Of a stretch of 64,000 nt of DNA, positions 61,001 through 64,000 are shown piece by piece; positions within the stretch are counted from its first letter, which is position 1, and every line of letters starts with the position of its first letter. The notes beneath the pieces are model-generated. The model saw nothing but the letters and a program-made list of their open reading frames with translations. It had not been told where the DNA came from and did not search any database. The stretch is from the NCBI GenBank assembly GCA_964413095.1, contig CAYPRJ010000002.1:563-64562 (forward strand). The letters run 5' to 3'. The DNA comes from Candidatus Woesearchaeota archaeon (GTDB lineage Archaea; Nanobdellota; Nanobdellia; Pacearchaeales; GW2011-AR1). Position numbers and translations under genes: made by a program.

Positions 61001-61785
61001 AAACAAAAATATTATCAATAGATGGAAAAGAAAAGACAAACATTGAATTGCCGAAAGTTTTTGACTCTGAAGTAAGAGAAGATATTGTTGCAAAGGTTTT
61101 AGAAGCAAAAAAAGTTATGCAACCTTATGCTCCTTTTTTAATGGCAGGAAAACAGCATGCTGCTAAAGGAAAAATTGTTCACAGACGACATGTTTGGAAA
61201 AGTCAGTATGGAAGAGGATGGTCTCGTGTGCCAAGAAAACTTTTTACTAGAAAAGGTTCGCAATTCCATATGGAAGCTGCAGAGGTTCCTCATGCAAGAG
61301 GAGGAATGAGAGCACATCCTCCTAAAATAATATCAATGACTCCTAAAAGAATAAACAAAAAAGAGTTAAAAATTGCTTTGAATTCTGCAATAGCTGCAAC
61401 ATCAAAAGAAGAATATGTTAAAAAGAAGTATTCAACAATAAAAGGAATGAAAGAATTACCTTTAGTTATAGATAAAAAAATTCTTTCTTTGAAAACAAAA
61501 GATTTATTGAAAAATATGAAAAATATTCTTGGAGAACTCTATGGTATTGCTATAAAGAAAAAAACTATAAGAGCAGGGAGAGGAAAATTAAGAGGCAGAA
61601 AATATAAATCAAATGCAGGAATGCTTTTAGTTATAGGAAATGATGAGAAATTAAAAACTAATGCTTTTGATGTCAAACAAGTGAAAAACCTGTCAATTAG
61701 TGATTTAGCTAAAGGGGGTTTAGGAAGATTGACTGTTTATACTGAAAAAGCAATTAAAGGCTTGGGAGAGAGGTTTGAAAAATGA
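60997..61785 (+). CDS. rpl4: 50S ribosomal protein L4 (uL4)
   Basis: RRHVWKSQYGRGWSRVPR, GGMRAHPPK and RAGRGKLRGRKYK. Confidence 0.95.
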   Translation: MKTKILSIDGKEKTNIELPKVFDSEVREDIVAKVLEAKKVMQPYAPFLMAGKQHAAKGKIVHRRHVWKSQYGRGWSRVPRKLFTRKGSQFHMEAAEVPHARGGMRAHPPKIISMTPKRINKKELKIALNSAIAATSKEEYVKKKYSTIKGMKELPLVIDKKILSLKTKDLLKNMKNILGELYGIAIKKKTIRAGRGKLRGRKYKSNAGMLLVIGNDEKLKTNAFDVKQVKNLSISDLAKGGLGRLTVYTEKAIKGLGERFEK

Positions 61786-62018
61786 AACCTATAGTAACTG
61801 AAAAAGCTGTTATGATGATTGAAAGAGATAATGTTTTAACATTTGAAGTTGAAATGAAAAAAACAAAAGATGAAATTAAAAAAGAAGTTGAAGAATTATT
61901 TAATGTTAAAATTAACAGTGTAAGAACCCTAATAAAAAAAGGAAAGAAATATGCTTATATTAATTTAAATAAAAAAACTCCTGCTATTGATATAGCTACG
62001 AAGTTAGGGTTGATGTAA
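61782..62018 (+). CDS. rpl23: 50S ribosomal protein L23 (uL23)
   Basis: PIVTEKAVMMIERDNVLTFEV..KTKDEIKKEVEELFNVKI. Confidence 0.9.
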   Translation: MKPIVTEKAVMMIERDNVLTFEVEMKKTKDEIKKEVEELFNVKINSVRTLIKKGKKYAYINLNKKTPAIDIATKLGLM

Positions 62019-62716
62019 TGGGAAAAAGAATAATTCAGCAAGCTAGAGGAAAAGGAAGCAGCACTTACAGGGTTAGAAGAAAAGCTTTTAGATATAGATT
62101 AAAATATCCTGCAAAACTTGAAGTAGAAGGAATTGTAATTAAGCTGTTCAATTCTCCAGGACATAGTGCTCCATTAGCAAAAATAAAATATAATAAAGAG
62201 ATATTTTTTATTCCTGCATTTAAAGAAATGTTTGAAGGACAAAAAATAAGTTTTGGAAAAGAAACAAAACCTGGAAATATTTTGAAATTAAAAGATGTTC
62301 CAATTAAAACAAATATTTATTGCATTGAATCAAGGCCAAAAGATGGCGGGGTCTTTATTAAAACAGGAGGAAGTTCTGGAACAGTTACAAGAAAAGTTGG
62401 AAAAGATGTTTTTGTCCTGATGCCCTCTAAAAAAGAGAAAAAGTTTAATGAAAATTGCAGAGCTGTTATTGGAATTGTTGCTGGAGCAGGAAGATTAGAT
62501 AAACCTGTTGTCAAAGCCGGAAAAAAATATTATATTAAAAAAACTAAAAGTAAATTATGGCCAAGAACATCTGCTGTTAAAGTAAATGTTATAGATCACC
62601 CTTTTGGCTCGGGCAGAGGTAAAAACCCAAAAAGCAAAATTGCTAAAAGAAATGCACCCCCTGGAAAAAAAGTTGGTTTATTGAGACCAAAAAGAACTGG
62701 TAGGAGAAAGAGATAA
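62018..62716 (+). CDS. rpl2: 50S ribosomal protein L2 (uL2)
   Basis: GKRIIQQARGKGS, GGVFIKTGGSSGTV, GAGRLDKP and DHPFGSGRGK. Confidence 0.95.
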   Translation: MGKRIIQQARGKGSSTYRVRRKAFRYRLKYPAKLEVEGIVIKLFNSPGHSAPLAKIKYNKEIFFIPAFKEMFEGQKISFGKETKPGNILKLKDVPIKTNIYCIESRPKDGGVFIKTGGSSGTVTRKVGKDVFVLMPSKKEKKFNENCRAVIGIVAGAGRLDKPVVKAGKKYYIKKTKSKLWPRTSAVKVNVIDHPFGSGRGKNPKSKIAKRNAPPGKKVGLLRPKRTGRRKR

Positions 62717-63115
62717 ATGGAAGAAAATCAAAAAAAACAATTTGCATATAGAGGAAAAAATATTGAAGAATTAAAAAAACTGGATATTAGAGAATTTGCA
62801 AAATATTTGAAATCAAGAGCTAGAAGAAATGTGCTTAGACAATTTCAGGATATTCAGAATTTTGTGAACAGAGCTAAAAAGAAAATAGAGAAAAATAAAG
62901 CAGTAAAAACTCATTACAGACATATGGTAATTATTCCTGAAATGGTAGGAATGAAAATTCAGGTTTATGATGGAAAAGGATTTGTTCCTGTTGAAATAAC
63001 TGGAGAGATGATTGGACATAAATTAGGAGAATTTGCGCTGACAAGAGGAAGAGTCAAACACGGAAGTGCAGGAGTGGGTGCAACTAAAGGAACTAGAGCT
63101 AAAGCTAAAAAATAA
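62717..63115 (+). CDS. rps19: 30S ribosomal protein S19 (uS19)
   Basis: [44 protein letters not shown] and GEFALTRG. Confidence 0.95.
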   Translation: MEENQKKQFAYRGKNIEELKKLDIREFAKYLKSRARRNVLRQFQDIQNFVNRAKKKIEKNKAVKTHYRHMVIIPEMVGMKIQVYDGKGFVPVEITGEMIGHKLGEFALTRGRVKHGSAGVGATKGTRAKAKK

Positions 63116-63116
63116 G

Positions 63117-63722
63117 ATGACAGAAAAAGATTATAATCCAAAACAAAAAGAAAAAAAAGCTATGAAAAAACAGCAAAAGGTTGAAAACAAAAAAACTCCA
63201 GTTGAAACTCCAAAGAAAAAAGAAGATAAATCAAAACAAGAAAATGAAGAATTGGCAAAGAAAAAAATAGAAAATGAAAAAGCTAAAGAGATAGAAGAAA
63301 AGAAACCAATGCCTGTAAAAAAAGCAAAAGCTGTTGTATATGGAAGAAATCTGCCGATTTCAACCTTGCATTCAATAGCAATTTGTAAATTTATAAGAAA
63401 TAAAAAAATAACAGAAGCAATAAAAGATTTAGAAGAAGTTTTAATGCACAAAAAAGCAATACCCATGAAGGGAGAACTTCCCCATAGAAAAGGAAAAATA
63501 ATGTCAGGAAGATATGCTGATAAATCTGTAAAGAATTTTATCAAGTTATTAAAAAGTTTACAAGGAAATGCTAACTCTAACAATATAGAAGAACCAATCA
63601 TAATTGAATCTACTGCAAACATTGCTTCTCGTCCTTATGGAAAATTTGGAAGAGTCAGAAAAAAAAGAACTCATGTTAAAATTCTTGCCAAAGAAAAATT
63701 AAATTCAAAAAATAAAAAATAA
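63117..63722 (+). CDS. rpl22: 50S ribosomal protein L22 (uL22) with a ~70-aa K/E-rich N-terminal extension
   Basis: Core KAVVYGRNLPISTLHSIAICKFIRNKK...AIPMKGE. I use the ATG at 63117, just after the rps19 stop; the track GTG start overlaps rps19. Confidence 0.9.
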   Translation: MTEKDYNPKQKEKKAMKKQQKVENKKTPVETPKKKEDKSKQENEELAKKKIENEKAKEIEEKKPMPVKKAKAVVYGRNLPISTLHSIAICKFIRNKKITEAIKDLEEVLMHKKAIPMKGELPHRKGKIMSGRYADKSVKNFIKLLKSLQGNANSNNIEEPIIIESTANIASRPYGKFGRVRKKRTHVKILAKEKLNSKNKK

Positions 63723-63723
63723 A

Positions 63724-64000
63724 ATGGAAGAAAGAAATACAGTTGATTTCAAAAAGAAAGAATTTGCTGTTAAGGAATATATTAAAAAATCTTTAGAAAA
63801 AGGAAAAGTAAGTAAAGTTAGGATTGAGTACACTCCAATAGGAGAAAAAATAATTGTCTCAACACATAAGCCAGGTTTGGTAATTGGAAGAAAAGGAGAG
63901 AGAATAGATGAACTTACAAAAACACTAAAAAATAGATTTAAATTAGAAAATCCTACTATAGAAATTGATGAGATAACAAAACCAGAACTTGATGCTCAAA
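63724..64000 (+). CDS. rps3: 30S ribosomal protein S3 (uS3), 5' partial; runs off the window
   Basis: The KH domain reads VSKVRIEYTPIGEKIIVSTHKPGLVIGRKGERIDELT. The ORF is open to the window end. Confidence 0.9.
   Translation, partial: MEERNTVDFKKKEFAVKEYIKKSLEKGKVSKVRIEYTPIGEKIIVSTHKPGLVIGRKGERIDELTKTLKNRFKLENPTIEIDEITKPELDAQ

Noticed and set aside
63131-63622. A 163-aa minus-strand ORF antisense to rpl22. Similar antisense ORFs lie opposite P0 (51318-52184), the S-layer gene (30319-31929) and the primase gene (11365-13811).
   Set aside because: All lie opposite confidently identified genes. The K/E-rich sense codons (AAA/GAA) give stop-poor F/S/L-rich antisense frames.

Overview
Strongly AT-rich, gene-dense archaeal fragment. 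Evidence for archaeal origin: archaeal-type ribosomal proteins (L3-L4-L23-L2-S19-L22-S3; L1-P0-P1; L11; L37Ae; L40e), Spt5, SecE, RpoP, PCNA, PriS-type primase, class I LysRS, aIF5A, prefoldin, FtsZ+SepF, Taw1, TrmY, AMP phosphorylase, and tRNAs with no encoded CCA, two of them with introns. A small archaeosortase resembling the 'pacearchaeosortase' type, several shortened enzymes and K/E-rich extensions on ribosomal proteins suggest a DPANN-like (Pacearchaeota/Woesearchaeota-like) genome; this placement is inference only. The core genes are ordinary. The stand-out region is about 14.8-29.0 kb. It holds two tandem, anciently duplicated cassettes, each with a ~270-aa protein carrying an archaeal type IV pilin-like (class III) signal peptide followed by a giant cysteine-rich membrane protein. 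That giant protein is one 1378-aa gene in copy A and is split into 575-aa and ~934-aa genes in copy B. A RelE-type toxin-antitoxin pair follows, then a four-gene operon of further pilin-like proteins. I recognise no characterised family for the large proteins, and no pilus ATPase, platform protein or prepilin peptidase lies in the window. Other notable items: a Ser1 LAGLIDADG intein splitting the FSGxKGFH motif of a PriS-PriL(CTD) fusion primase; a tRNA-Pro with a D-loop intron whose 5' end is overlapped by a free-standing LAGLIDADG endonuclease gene; an archaeosortase next to a candidate substrate; a membrane-anchored ComEA-like HhH protein; a dispersed ~90-nt intergenic element with a covarying stem; paralogous leader motifs upstream of spt5 and rpl11; and a P0 stalk protein lacking the usual C-terminal factor-binding peptide. 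No rRNA, CRISPR array, transposase or integrase was seen.
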